Below, in pieces: positions 1-9,041 of a stretch of 64,000 nt of DNA. Position numbers and translations under genes: made by a program. How positions within the stretch are numbered: position 1 is the stretch's first letter; every line of letters begins with the position of its first letter. Source of the DNA: Alphaproteobacteria bacterium (lineage in GTDB: Bacteria; Pseudomonadota; Alphaproteobacteria; Bin95); assembly GCA_965205265.1 (NCBI GenBank), contig CBDBGH010000003.1, positions 1,984,001-2,048,000 of the forward strand, written 5' to 3'. Under the pieces are notes generated by a model, which ran no database searches, was not told the origin of the DNA, and saw nothing but the letters and a program-made list of their open reading frames with translations.

Positions 1-2
1 GC

Positions 3-239
3 TGGGTGCCGCATGCCGAGAGGCCGACCTACCACCTGCTGGACAGGCTGCCGGAATTCCGCGCCATGGAGGCGGAGGCCGGGCGCTCCGTGCCGATCAC
101 CGTCTTCGGCGCGGAGGACGAGCCCGCCCGGCTCGACGCCTGGCGCGAAGCCGGGATCGAGAGGGTCGTCTTCAACCTGCCGAGCGCCGGGGCCGATGAG
201 GTCCTGCCGCTGCTCGACCGCTGGGCGGGCCGGTTGTGA
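3..239 (+). CDS. C-terminal part of a probable LLM-class (F420-dependent) oxidoreductase, truncated at window edge
   Basis: Open frame from window start ending ...SVPITVFG...EAGIERVVFNLP...LDRWAGRL, typical of LLM-family C-termini; GTGA overlap with next gene. Confidence 0.6.
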   Translation, partial: WVPHAERPTYHLLDRLPEFRAMEAEAGRSVPITVFGAEDEPARLDAWREAGIERVVFNLPSAGADEVLPLLDRWAGRL

Positions 240-1384
240 GCGCGCTGATCGTCGGCGGCGGCCTCGGCGGCCTCGCGGCGGCGCTGGCGCTCGCGCGCCG
301 CGGCATCGCCAGCCATGTGCTGGAGCAGTCGCCGTCCTTCGGGGAAATCGGCGCGGGCATCCAGCTCGGGCCGAACGTGTTCCGCATGTTCGACCGGCTG
401 GGCGTCGCGGAGGCCATATCGCGCGATGCCGTGTTCGTGGACCGGCTGTTGATGATGGACGCGCTGACCGAAGAAGCGGTCGTGACGGGCGATCTGGGCG
501 AGGCGTTCCGCAAGCGCTTCGGCGCGCCCTATGCCGTGACCCACCGCGCGGACTTCCACCGCACCCTGCTGGAAGCCTGCGAGGCGTCGGGGTCGGTCAC
601 ATTCGAGACCGGCGCCGAGGTCGTCTCGGTGGAGGACCTGGGCGGGCGCGTCCGCGCCCGTCTGGCGGGCGGAGGCAGCCGGGAGGGTTCGTTCCTGGTC
701 GGCGCGGACGGCCTCTGGTCGAAGGTGCGCGAGCATGTCGTCGGCGACGGGCCGCCCAAGGTCTCCGGCCATATCGCCTACCGGGCCGTGCTGCCGATCA
801 GGGCGGTGCCCGAGGACATGCGCTGGAACGCGGCCGCGCTCTGGGCGGGGCCGCGCAACCACCTGGTCCACTACCCGCTCCGGCGCTCCACCCTGTTCAA
901 CCTGGTGGCCGTGTTCCACTCCGACCGCTATGTCGAAGGCTGGGACAGCGAAGGCGACCCGGAGGAGCTGATGGCGCGCTTCGCCGGCATCTCGCCTCGG
1001 CCGATGGCGCTGCTCGAAAAGATCGAGACCTGGCGGATGTGGGTGCTGTGCGACCGCGAGCCGGTGTCCGAGTGGTCGCGCGGGCGGGTCTGCCTGCTGG
1101 GCGATGCGGCGCACCCGATGCTGCAATATCTGGCCCAGGGCGCCTGCATGGCGGTCGAGGACGCGGTGGCGCTGGCCGATGCGCTCGCTGCGGAGGAGGA
1201 TGTCGAGCGGGCCTTCCGCGCCTATGCGAAGGCGCGTTACCTCAGGACCGCCCGGGTGCAGCTCACGGCGCGGATGATGGGCGAGATCTACCACGCGGAA
1301 GGCGTGCGCCGCGAACTGCGCAACCATGTGCTTTCGACCGCGGACCTGCGCGAAGGAATGTCCTGGCTCTACGGCGGCCCTTAG
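236..1384 (+). CDS. FAD-dependent aromatic monooxygenase (3-hydroxybenzoate 6-hydroxylase/salicylate hydroxylase family)
   Basis: GGGLGG Rossmann motif, GEIGAGIQLGPN, LVGADG and LLGDAAHPMLQYLAQGACMAVED fingerprints. Confidence 0.88.
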   Translation: MSALIVGGGLGGLAAALALARRGIASHVLEQSPSFGEIGAGIQLGPNVFRMFDRLGVAEAISRDAVFVDRLLMMDALTEEAVVTGDLGEAFRKRFGAPYAVTHRADFHRTLLEACEASGSVTFETGAEVVSVEDLGGRVRARLAGGGSREGSFLVGADGLWSKVREHVVGDGPPKVSGHIAYRAVLPIRAVPEDMRWNAAALWAGPRNHLVHYPLRRSTLFNLVAVFHSDRYVEGWDSEGDPEELMARFAGISPRPMALLEKIETWRMWVLCDREPVSEWSRGRVCLLGDAAHPMLQYLAQGACMAVEDAVALADALAAEEDVERAFRAYAKARYLRTARVQLTARMMGEIYHAEGVRRELRNHVLSTADLREGMSWLYGGP

Positions 1385-1402
1385 CCCCGGAGGCCGGGTC
1401 CG

Positions 1403-1981
1403 TCAGTCGCCGCCCTTCCCTGCCAGCGCGTCCAGCCGCTCCTGCATCCGGGCGATCTCGCTGCGCATGGCCTGCAATTCGCCGCCTGCATCGGGCGCCG
1501 TTTCCTTCGGTTCCGGCGCCGCCGCCGCGAAGGGGTTCCAGAGCCGCATGGCCTGCTCGAACAGCGCAAGGTTGCGCTTGCCCAGATCGTCCAGCGGGCC
1601 GAATGCGGTGCCCGGTCCGTAGGCGCGCTCGACCTCGCGGCGCATGGCGTCGTGATTGGCGGTGAACCACTCCATCGACTGCTCGAGATAGGCCGGCAGC
1701 ATCCAGCCGGCATTGTCGCGGTACATGGAGATGATCCGGCGCAGCAGCGAGACCGGCAGCAGGTTTGCGCCGTTCTGCTCTTCATCGACGATGATCTGGG
1801 TGAGCGTCGCCCGCGTCAGGTCCTCGCCGCTCTTGGCGTCCTCTACCGTGAACTCGACCCCGTCACGAACCAGCTGGGCCAGATCCGCAAGGGTCACATA
1901 GCTGCTCGTCGCAGTGTTGTAGAGGCGCCGGTTCGCATATTTCCGGATGCGGATTGGGGTCTCTTCCTCGCTCGCAGCCAT
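1403..1981 (-). CDS. phaR: Polyhydroxyalkanoate synthesis repressor PhaR
   Basis: IRKYANRRLYNTATSSYVTL and DAKSGEDLTR..LTQII signature. Confidence 0.95.
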   Translation of the reverse strand: MAASEEETPIRIRKYANRRLYNTATSSYVTLADLAQLVRDGVEFTVEDAKSGEDLTRATLTQIIVDEEQNGANLLPVSLLRRIISMYRDNAGWMLPAYLEQSMEWFTANHDAMRREVERAYGPGTAFGPLDDLGKRNLALFEQAMRLWNPFAAAAPEPKETAPDAGGELQAMRSEIARMQERLDALAGKGGD

Positions 1982-2008
1982 GATGCCGCCGCCTCATCGG
2001 GTCCAGGT

Positions 2009-2020
2009 TGCGGTGCAGCA
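2009..2020. promoter_or_regulatory. Putative PhaR binding box upstream of phaR
   Basis: TGCGGTGCAGCA fits the rhizobial PhaR motif TGCRNYGCASMA, about 30 bp upstream of the phaR start. Confidence 0.65.
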
Positions 2021-2037
2021 TAGCACAGGAATGCGGG

Positions 2038-3345
2038 TCAGGCTCCCACCAGCCACTCATCGACCAGCGCAAGCTCTTCCGCGCTCAGCGGGCGCTGCGC
2101 CTGTTCGCACCTGACGACGATATAGTCCCGGAACGCCTTCGCCACCACGTCCGGATCGGAGGCGTCCGAAGCGACGTCGAAACCCGATTGCCAAAGCCCG
2201 GTGGTGACGAACTCCGCCGCTTCGCGCGGGAGCGACATGCCTTCCTCGCCGGCCCGCTCCTGGAGCAGCCGCGTCATGGCGGCCCGGTCGGTCACGCCTT
2301 CGTCGAACAGCTTCGCCATATGCTCGAAGAGGAGGTCGAACCCGTCGGGATCCAGTGCCGGAATCCCGACCAGGTGGTGGATCGTCTCGATCAGGGCCGG
2401 CAGCCCCTCGCTGCTTTCCCCGGCCTCCGCCGGCGCCTCGAACTCGAACGTCTCCGCGGGCGCGGGCTCCAGCGGCGCCTCGCGCAGCGCCATCTGCCAT
2501 TCTTCGCCGGGCTCCCCGCATTCCAGCATGGGATCGACGGTCGTCAGCGCCTCGGCGAGGCGGCGCAGGGACCGGAAACCGAACCAGTCGCTGTTGCGGA
2601 AATTGGCGAAACGGAAGAAGAAGTGCGGCAGCTCGGCGGCCGGGATCGGCCCGTCCTGCTCGATCGATTCATGCAGGACCGCGGCAACCTCCGGAAGCAC
2701 CGAGTAATCGCCCGTCAGGGATGGCCGGGGCGTGAAGGGGCGGGGCTGGAACGGCCGCGCGCCGTCCGCCGGGACCGCTGCGCCGGGAACGCTCGCGGAT
2801 GCGTCTCCGAGCGCGCTCTCGATGAATACCGACTGCTCGATGGTGTAGCTGCAGGCAGCCGTCAGCGCCGGCGCCACCACGGCATTGGCGAGGATCGCCG
2901 TGCGCCGGTCGTGGGCGCGCAGGCGCAGCAGCACCGGCGTGAAGTCGGCATCGGCCGACAGGATGATGAACTCGTCGAAGGGCGTGGCATGGTCGAGGGC
3001 ATCCATGATGTCGATCGCCATGTAGATGTCGGTGCCGCTCTTGCCGCCCCCGGTAAGCGGCGGGCAGTCGATGACGGAAAACGCGCTCCTGGTGAAGAAG
3101 CCGCGGAACCGGGAGAAGGTCGCGGGATTGAGATAGCACTTGCGCATGAGCAGCGCGCGGCGCGTGCGGCCTTCCCGGCCGCCGCCGGTGGTATGGTAGC
3201 CGCGCTCCAGCCAGTGCATCCAGCGCCCCGGCTGTTCGGCGAACCGCTTGGCGGCGCGCGCATCGACGGCTTCCAGGCTGAGGAATACATTGTCGAAGTC
3301 GACGAAGAGGGCAGCCCGAACCCGGCCCGGGCGGGAAGGCATCAT
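2038..3345 (-). CDS. NYN (LabA/DUF88, PIN-like) domain protein with probable OST-HTH/LOTUS-like C-terminal region
   Basis: ALFVDFDNV, GKSGTDIYMAID and FIILSADADFTPVLLRLR NYN acidic motifs; WFGFRSLRRL segment; AGAGG RBS before ATG at 3345. Confidence 0.85.
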   Translation of the reverse strand: MMPSRPGRVRAALFVDFDNVFLSLEAVDARAAKRFAEQPGRWMHWLERGYHTTGGGREGRTRRALLMRKCYLNPATFSRFRGFFTRSAFSVIDCPPLTGGGKSGTDIYMAIDIMDALDHATPFDEFIILSADADFTPVLLRLRAHDRRTAILANAVVAPALTAACSYTIEQSVFIESALGDASASVPGAAVPADGARPFQPRPFTPRPSLTGDYSVLPEVAAVLHESIEQDGPIPAAELPHFFFRFANFRNSDWFGFRSLRRLAEALTTVDPMLECGEPGEEWQMALREAPLEPAPAETFEFEAPAEAGESSEGLPALIETIHHLVGIPALDPDGFDLLFEHMAKLFDEGVTDRAAMTRLLQERAGEEGMSLPREAAEFVTTGLWQSGFDVASDASDPDVVAKAFRDYIVVRCEQAQRPLSAEELALVDEWLVGA

Positions 3346-3425
3346 GACAACCTCTATCCAATCAAAATCCGTTATCCAATCACGACGGGCGCAAACCCTT
3401 CTATCTAATGTAAAATCCTGTGCCG

Positions 3426-3647
3426 ATGAGTCAAGAGCCGGACAAGGAGCAGGCGGACGAATTCCTGGACCTCTGGGAAAGGAACGTTCTCGCCTGGTGG
3501 CGCGAGACCGCGAGTCTGGCGTTCCCGCCGCTGCCGGATGAATCTCCCGGCCGGAAGGACGGGCCCAAGGCCGCTGGCGCTCCACATGGCGACGGCGGCG
3601 GCGGTCTGGGGCGGCGCAGCGGCAGCGGCAGCGGCGGGGCCCGCTAG
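3426..3647 (+). CDS. Small hypothetical protein overlapping the PHA-synthase-like gene
   Basis: MSQEPDKEQADEFLDLWERNVLAWW follows an AT-rich promoter-like stretch; 110-bp overlap with next ORF. Confidence 0.5.
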   Translation: MSQEPDKEQADEFLDLWERNVLAWWRETASLAFPPLPDESPGRKDGPKAAGAPHGDGGGGLGRRSGSGSGGAR

Positions 3648-4722
3648 CGCGTTCCTCTGGCACCGCGACCTTGCCGGCGACGTCGCCGGACTTGCCGTTG
3701 CCCCCGAAGCGGTCGGGCAGGCGGCGCTGCGGCGCCTTACGGATTTCGAGGCGGCCATCGCCCGCTATTGCGCCCACCCCTTCCGGCGCGCATCCGGGGC
3801 GGAAACGGTCGTCGCGCGAAGCGGCGCGGCACGGCTGCTCTCCTATGGCGAGGGCGAACGGGCGGCGCTGATCGTGCCCTCGCTCATCAATCGCTACCAT
3901 GTCTGCGACCTGTCGGGACGGCACAGCTTCGCGCGGTGGCTTGCGGCCCGCGGCTGGCGCGTGCTGCTCGTCGATTGGGGTGCCCCCGGGGAGCGCGAGC
4001 GCGGCTTCGACTGCACGGGCTATATCCGGAACGTCCTGGAGCCTTTTGCCTGCGAGGCGGCGCGCCTGTCCGGGCGCCCGCCGGTTGTCATCGGATACTG
4101 CATGGGCGGGCTGCTGGCCCTTGCGACGGTGTTGCGGGCGTCCCTGCCGTTCGCCGGCCTGGCGCTTCTCGCCGTGCCCTGGGACTTCCACGGCGGCGGC
4201 GGCCCGGAAGCACGGCGGCTCGCCTTCGCCGGCGCCGCCTTTGCGGAGATGATGGCCGGTAGCGGCGAAATGCCGGTCGACGCGCTCCAGACCTGTTTCT
4301 ACGCCCTCGACCCGATGCTAACGCCGAGGAAGTTCCTGGCCTTCGGAGCGCTTGAGCCCGGCTCGGAGGCGGAACGGGCCTTCGTGGAACTCGAGGACTG
4401 GGTGAATGACGGCGTGCCCCTGGCGGCGCCGGTCGCCCGGGAGTGCTTCACCGGCTGGTACGGCCGCAACGAGCCCGTGCGCGGCGAATGGCGCATCGAC
4501 GGCGAGCCGGTCCGGCCCGAGGCCGCGGCGCTGCCGGCATGGGTCGTCGTTCCCGCGGGCGACCGGATCGTGCCCCCCGCTTCCGCGCTCGCGCTCGCAC
4601 GCACCCTGCCCAACACCACCGTGCGCCGGCCGCGCCTCGGGCATATCGGGCTCATGGCGTCGAAAACGGCGCCCCGGCGTGTCTGGCGGCCCCTGCTTGC
4701 CTGGATGAACAGCCTTCCGTGA
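3538..4722 (+). CDS. PhaC-like (class III-type PHA synthase-like) alpha/beta hydrolase
   Basis: LIVPSLINR, LLVDWG, IGYCMGG (catalytic Cys box), GDRIVPP (Asp), LGHIG (His); start uncertain. Confidence 0.8.
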   Translation: MNLPAGRTGPRPLALHMATAAAVWGGAAAAAAAGPASAFLWHRDLAGDVAGLAVAPEAVGQAALRRLTDFEAAIARYCAHPFRRASGAETVVARSGAARLLSYGEGERAALIVPSLINRYHVCDLSGRHSFARWLAARGWRVLLVDWGAPGERERGFDCTGYIRNVLEPFACEAARLSGRPPVVIGYCMGGLLALATVLRASLPFAGLALLAVPWDFHGGGGPEARRLAFAGAAFAEMMAGSGEMPVDALQTCFYALDPMLTPRKFLAFGALEPGSEAERAFVELEDWVNDGVPLAAPVARECFTGWYGRNEPVRGEWRIDGEPVRPEAAALPAWVVVPAGDRIVPPASALALARTLPNTTVRRPRLGHIGLMASKTAPRRVWRPLLAWMNSLP

Positions 4723-4750
4723 CACGATGCCACGGACAGCAGTGATATGT

Positions 4751-4792
4751 TGCATTGCAGCATAAAACTGCCATCTTTTGTGCGTTGCAAAA
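4751..4792. promoter_or_regulatory. Two putative PhaR boxes upstream of phaB
   Basis: TGCATTGCAGCA (4751-4762, full match) and TGCGTTGCAAAA (4781-4792, one mismatch) in an AT-rich spacer. Confidence 0.65.
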
Positions 4793-4809
4793 AACAAGGA
4801 GCCGAGACA

Positions 4810-5532
4810 ATGCCGAGAGTGGCCCTGATTACCGGCGGCACGAGAGGGATTGGCGCGGAAATTTCACGAGGCATGAAGGCTGACGGCTATGACGTGGTGG
4901 CCGGCTTCCATCTCAATGTCCAGCGCGCCGAGCGGTTCCGCGAGGAGACCGGCATCGACATCCAGCAGTTCGATGTCTCCGACTACGATGCCTGCGAGCG
5001 TGCGGTCCACAAGCTGGAGGAAAGCCACGGGCCGGTCGATATCCTCATCAACAATGCCGGCATCACGCACGATGTCTTCCTGCACCGTATGCCGCAGGAA
5101 GCCTGGCACGAGGTGATCGAGACCAACCTCACCTCCTGCTTCAACATGTGCCGCGTCGTTATCGGCAAGATGCGCGACCGGGGCTTCGGACGCATCGTCA
5201 ATGTCTCGTCCGTCAACGGCCAGACGGGGCAGATCGGCCAGACCAACTATGCCGCCGCCAAGGCCGGCATTCTCGGCTTCACCAAGGCGCTGGCGCTGGA
5301 GAACGCATCCAAGGGCATCACGGTGAACGCCATCTGCCCCGGTTATGTCGATACCGAGATGGTCCGCGCGATTCCGGAGCGCGTGCAGGAGGTGATCAAG
5401 AGCCATATCCCGGTCGGGCGGTTCGGGGACCCGAAGGAAATTTGCCATGTCGTCCGGTTCCTGGTCGCGGACGACGCCTGTTTCGTTACCGGCTCGACAG
5501 TCTCGGTGAACGGCGGCCAGTATATGGCCTGA
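4810..5532 (+). CDS. phaB: Acetoacetyl-CoA reductase
   Basis: TGGTRGIG, NNAGIT, SSVNGQTGQIGQTNYAAAK; AAGGAG RBS before ATG at 4810; PHA context. Confidence 0.9.
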   Translation: MPRVALITGGTRGIGAEISRGMKADGYDVVAGFHLNVQRAERFREETGIDIQQFDVSDYDACERAVHKLEESHGPVDILINNAGITHDVFLHRMPQEAWHEVIETNLTSCFNMCRVVIGKMRDRGFGRIVNVSSVNGQTGQIGQTNYAAAKAGILGFTKALALENASKGITVNAICPGYVDTEMVRAIPERVQEVIKSHIPVGRFGDPKEICHVVRFLVADDACFVTGSTVSVNGGQYMA

Positions 5533-5550
5533 CCTTCGAGAGGCGCGGCA

Positions 5551-6003
5551 ATGGATGGCGCGGACAGGCCGGTCGTGGGAGTCGGAGTGGTCGTCCTGCG
5601 CGGGGACGATGTGCTGCTGGTCCGGCGGGGGGAGCCGCCGCGCAAGGACCAGTGGAGCATTCCGGGCGGCAAGCAGGAGCGGGGCGAAACCGTCCGCGAC
5701 GCCGCCCGCCGCGAAATCCGCGAGGAGACCGGTGTCGAGATCGCGCTGATCGGCCTCGTCGATGTCGTGGACGGCATCCGCCGCGACGAGACCGGCGCCG
5801 CGGTCTCCCACTACACGCTGATCGACTTCGCCGCCGAGTGGGTCTCCGGCGAGGCGGTCGCGGGCGACGATGCGGCGGAGGCGCGCTGGACCCCGCTGGA
5901 CGGCCTCGACGATTACCGGCTCTGGTCCGAGACGCGGCGGATTATCGCCGCCGCGGCCGCGATGCGTGATGATGCGCGGGATCGTAGAGGCGGCTCTCCC
6001 TGA
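5551..6003 (+). CDS. NUDIX hydrolase
   Basis: Nudix box GGKQERGETVRDAARREIREETGV. Confidence 0.9.
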   Translation: MDGADRPVVGVGVVVLRGDDVLLVRRGEPPRKDQWSIPGGKQERGETVRDAARREIREETGVEIALIGLVDVVDGIRRDETGAAVSHYTLIDFAAEWVSGEAVAGDDAAEARWTPLDGLDDYRLWSETRRIIAAAAAMRDDARDRRGGSP

Positions 6004-6703
6004 ACTCTCCGGCCTCGAGTGCCCTGCCGACCAGAATGAGCGCGCTGCGGGCAAGGCCCGCGGCCTTCACCCGCTCGCGGATCGTCGCAAGCGTGCCGGT
6101 CACGATTTTCTGGTCCGGCTGGCTCGCGCGATAGACGACGGCGACCGGGCAGTCTTCCCCCAGCTCCGGCTTGAGCGCGCGGACGACATTGGCGAGGTTG
6201 GCGGTCGAGAGGTGTATCGCAAGCGTTCCGCCGCTCCGCGCCTGGGCGGCGAGTTCTTCGCCGGGAGGCATGCCTGTTGCGCGCACGGCTGTCCGGGTGA
6301 GCGTGACCGTCTGGGCGATGTCCGGCACGGTGAGTTCGATGCCGAGCGCGGCGGCGGCGGCGGCGAAAGCCGGCACCCCCGGCGTGACCGTGTAGCCGAT
6401 ACCCAGCCGGTCCAGGCGGCGCATCTGCTCGGCAACCGCGCCATAGAGCGAGGGATCGCCCGAATGCACGCGCGCCACATCCTTGCCCGCAGCATCGGCC
6501 GCAACGAACTCGGCCTCGATTTCGTCCAGCGTCATCGCTGCCGTGTCGCACACCCTGGCGTCGGGCGAGGCCTCCGCGACCACTTCCGCCGGCACCAGCG
6601 AACCCGCATAGAGCACCACCGGCGACGAGCGGACCAGCGCCAGTCCGCGCACCGTTATCAGGTCCGGCGCGCCGGGGCCCGCGCCGATGAAATGCACCGT
6701 CAC
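5942..6703 (-). CDS. cobM: Precorrin-4 C11-methyltransferase
   Basis: VHFIGAGPGAPDLITVRG, YAGSLV, RVHSGDPSLYG, TLAIHLS. Confidence 0.95.
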   Translation of the reverse strand: MTVHFIGAGPGAPDLITVRGLALVRSSPVVLYAGSLVPAEVVAEASPDARVCDTAAMTLDEIEAEFVAADAAGKDVARVHSGDPSLYGAVAEQMRRLDRLGIGYTVTPGVPAFAAAAAALGIELTVPDIAQTVTLTRTAVRATGMPPGEELAAQARSGGTLAIHLSTANLANVVRALKPELGEDCPVAVVYRASQPDQKIVTGTLATIRERVKAAGLARSALILVGRALEAGEFRESRLYDPAHHHASRPRRR

Positions 6704-8340
6704 GGCGAATAGCCCCTCGGCGTCACGACCCGCCCTGCGACAACGGTCGTCTGGCTGTTGCCCACGATCAGCACGGTGGTCATGTCCACGGCCTCGCGGT
6801 CGAGGCCGGCCAGCGTCTCGACGGCCACCAGTTCGTCCCGGCGGCCGAGATTCCGGGCCCTGACGACCGGCGTTTCGGGGGCCCGGTAGCGCGCAAGCAC
6901 GGCAAGCGCCTCTTCGAGCGGCCGGCGGCGTTCTTTCGAGGCCGGGTTGTAGAAGGCGATCACGAAATCCGCCGCAGCGGCCGCCTCGACCCGGGCGCGA
7001 ATGGTCTCCAGCGGCGTCAGCAGGTCCGAGAGGGAGATGACGGAAAAATCGTGGCCGAGCGGCGCGCCCGCCTTCGCGCTCGCGGCCTGCATGGCCGAGA
7101 CGCCGGGCAGTACCGTCACCGGCACGGCGCCGCCGCTGCGTTCCAGCGCCAGCCCGGCGAGCGCATAAATGCCGGCGTCGCCCGAGGCGAGCAGCACGAC
7201 GGCCCTGCCTTCGCGCGCGAGCCGGAGAGCCAGGTCCGCCCGCTCGCTCTCCTCGCCGATCGCCAGCCTGTGGCGCCGCTTCGTCCCGGTAAGGTCGGCA
7301 ACCAGGTCGAGATAAGGGCCGTAGCCGACGATATCGCTGGCATACGCAATGGCGGCCTCCACCTCGGCCGTTCGCATGGCGGGAGCGCCGGGGCCTATGC
7401 CCGCCACCGTCAGCCGGCCCTTCGGCGGCGCAATCCGGGCGACGGCGCAGGTGACGCGCCGCCCGATCCGTTTCGGCACGGCCAGAACCGCCCCCTCGCC
7501 GGCGGCGGCGAGCGCGGCGGCCTCCGCGACGCTCGCCGTGCCGACCGCGGCGGCAACTGCCGGGGACGGGTTCGGCGCCTCGATCCGGTCGAGCGCCGCC
7601 GCGTCGAAGAGGCGTATCGGCAGATCGAGCGCAGCGACTGCGGGCTCATCCCCCTTGAGGTCGAGCGTCGCCACGGCGGCGAGCGAGGCCCGCGCCAGCC
7701 CCTCGCTCTCCAGGGTTCGAGCGACATGGTCCAGCAGCAGGCCGGCAGGCGCCCCGCGTTCCAGCCCGACGCCGAGGATGAGGCTTGGCGGACGAAGGAT
7801 CAGTTCGTCCCGTCCGGGAGAGAGAGACCGGTCGGTGACCCGCACCGCCAGCCGTCCCTCCTCCGACCAGGGCAGCGGCGCAAGCCACCCGGCATCGCCC
7901 GCCTCGACTTCCAGGCGCACCGGCTCTCCGGCGATCAGCGCCGCCATGACCGGTTTGGCCGTTTCGGGATTGGCGAAGGTCCAGCCCGGCGGCGGGTCGT
8001 CCAGCGCCACGCCGAACAGGACGTCGCTGGCCGTGGTCACGGCCGCCTGCACGCCGAGCGTCCGGGCGATCCGGCGGGCCAGCCGGTTGGCGCCCCGATG
8101 GCCGCCGAGCAGCGGCACTGCGGCGCTGCCGTCCTCCGCAACGACGACGACCGGCGGCTCTTCGCGCTTGTCGGCCAGAAGCGGCGCCAGCCGCCGGACG
8201 GCGATACCGGCAGCCATTATGGCGACGACAGGCTCGCCCGCGCGAAACCGACCCTCCATCTCGTCCAGCGGCACGGCTTCGAGGCCGAGCCGGCCCGCAA
8301 GGCTTGCGCCGCGCTCCGTCAGCACCACCGCGACCGTCAC
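6700..8340 (-). CDS. cobJ: CbiG / precorrin-3B C17-methyltransferase fusion
   Basis: N-terminal CbiG motifs (PLLGGHRGAN, SVAEAAAL) and C-terminal GIGPG, SGDAGIY, GAPLGHDF..ISLSDLLTP, TPRGY. Confidence 0.92.
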   Translation of the reverse strand: MTVAVVLTERGASLAGRLGLEAVPLDEMEGRFRAGEPVVAIMAAGIAVRRLAPLLADKREEPPVVVVAEDGSAAVPLLGGHRGANRLARRIARTLGVQAAVTTASDVLFGVALDDPPPGWTFANPETAKPVMAALIAGEPVRLEVEAGDAGWLAPLPWSEEGRLAVRVTDRSLSPGRDELILRPPSLILGVGLERGAPAGLLLDHVARTLESEGLARASLAAVATLDLKGDEPAVAALDLPIRLFDAAALDRIEAPNPSPAVAAAVGTASVAEAAALAAAGEGAVLAVPKRIGRRVTCAVARIAPPKGRLTVAGIGPGAPAMRTAEVEAAIAYASDIVGYGPYLDLVADLTGTKRRHRLAIGEESERADLALRLAREGRAVVLLASGDAGIYALAGLALERSGGAVPVTVLPGVSAMQAASAKAGAPLGHDFSVISLSDLLTPLETIRARVEAAAAADFVIAFYNPASKERRRPLEEALAVLARYRAPETPVVRARNLGRRDELVAVETLAGLDREAVDMTTVLIVGNSQTTVVAGRVVTPRGYSP

Positions 8341-9041
8341 AGCCAGGCCCTGCCCCGCTTGTGGAGGAGGATCGTCGAGAAATAGGGCACGTCCGCCGGA
8401 TCGACACGATCGAGCGGCAGGACGCGCTCGTCGGGGAGCCCGGCATGGATGACCAGCCGGGCGCGGTCCGCGAAGCCGAGGCGCATGAGCAGACCCCTCA
8501 CGCGCTCGAAATGCCGCCCGACCTTGACGAGAGCAACCGCATCGCAGGCCGAGAGGCGGGCTTCCAGTTCAGCGTCGCCGAGCGGGGCCGGCAGCACCGA
8601 AAGCACATCGTTGCGCGCCGCAAGCGCCCTGCCCGCCGCCGCCGCACAGGCCGTGAGCGACGACACGCCAGGCACCACCTCGACCGGCCAGTCCGCCGAC
8701 AGGCGGGCGAAGAGATAGAGGAAGGAGCCGTAGAAGAACGGGTCGCCCTGGCAAAGCACGGCGACGCCCCGCCCGGCTTCCAGATGCGCCTCGATATCCC
8801 TCAGCGCGCGGTCGTAAACGGCCTCGGCCGGAAAGCGCGCCGCCTGCATCGGCATGCGGATCGCCAGCTCTATCCGGCTGTCGTCCAGATGCGAAGCGAC
8901 GATGGAGCGCGCGAAGCTGGGGCCTTCCAGCGGGGCCGGGAAGGCAATCACTTCGGCCTTGCGGATGATGCGCAGGCCCTTCAGCGTCAGGAGTTCGGGG
9001 TCGCCCGGGCCGACGCCGACGCCGCAGACCCAGCCGCTCAC
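8337..9041 (-). CDS. cobI: Precorrin-2 C20-methyltransferase
   Basis: GVGVGPGDPELLTLK, GDPFFYGSF, PYFS; GTG start overlaps upstream stop. Confidence 0.93.
   Translation of the reverse strand: MSGWVCGVGVGPGDPELLTLKGLRIIRKAEVIAFPAPLEGPSFARSIVASHLDDSRIELAIRMPMQAARFPAEAVYDRALRDIEAHLEAGRGVAVLCQGDPFFYGSFLYLFARLSADWPVEVVPGVSSLTACAAAAGRALAARNDVLSVLPAPLGDAELEARLSACDAVALVKVGRHFERVRGLLMRLGFADRARLVIHAGLPDERVLPLDRVDPADVPYFSTILLHKRGRAWL

Noticed and set aside
2038-4191. 717-aa version of the NYN ORF, and similarly extended starts at 15849, 19448, 26637, 42257 and 53382
   Set aside because: Extensions overlap other real genes; internal starts with RBS or stop-start coupling fit better
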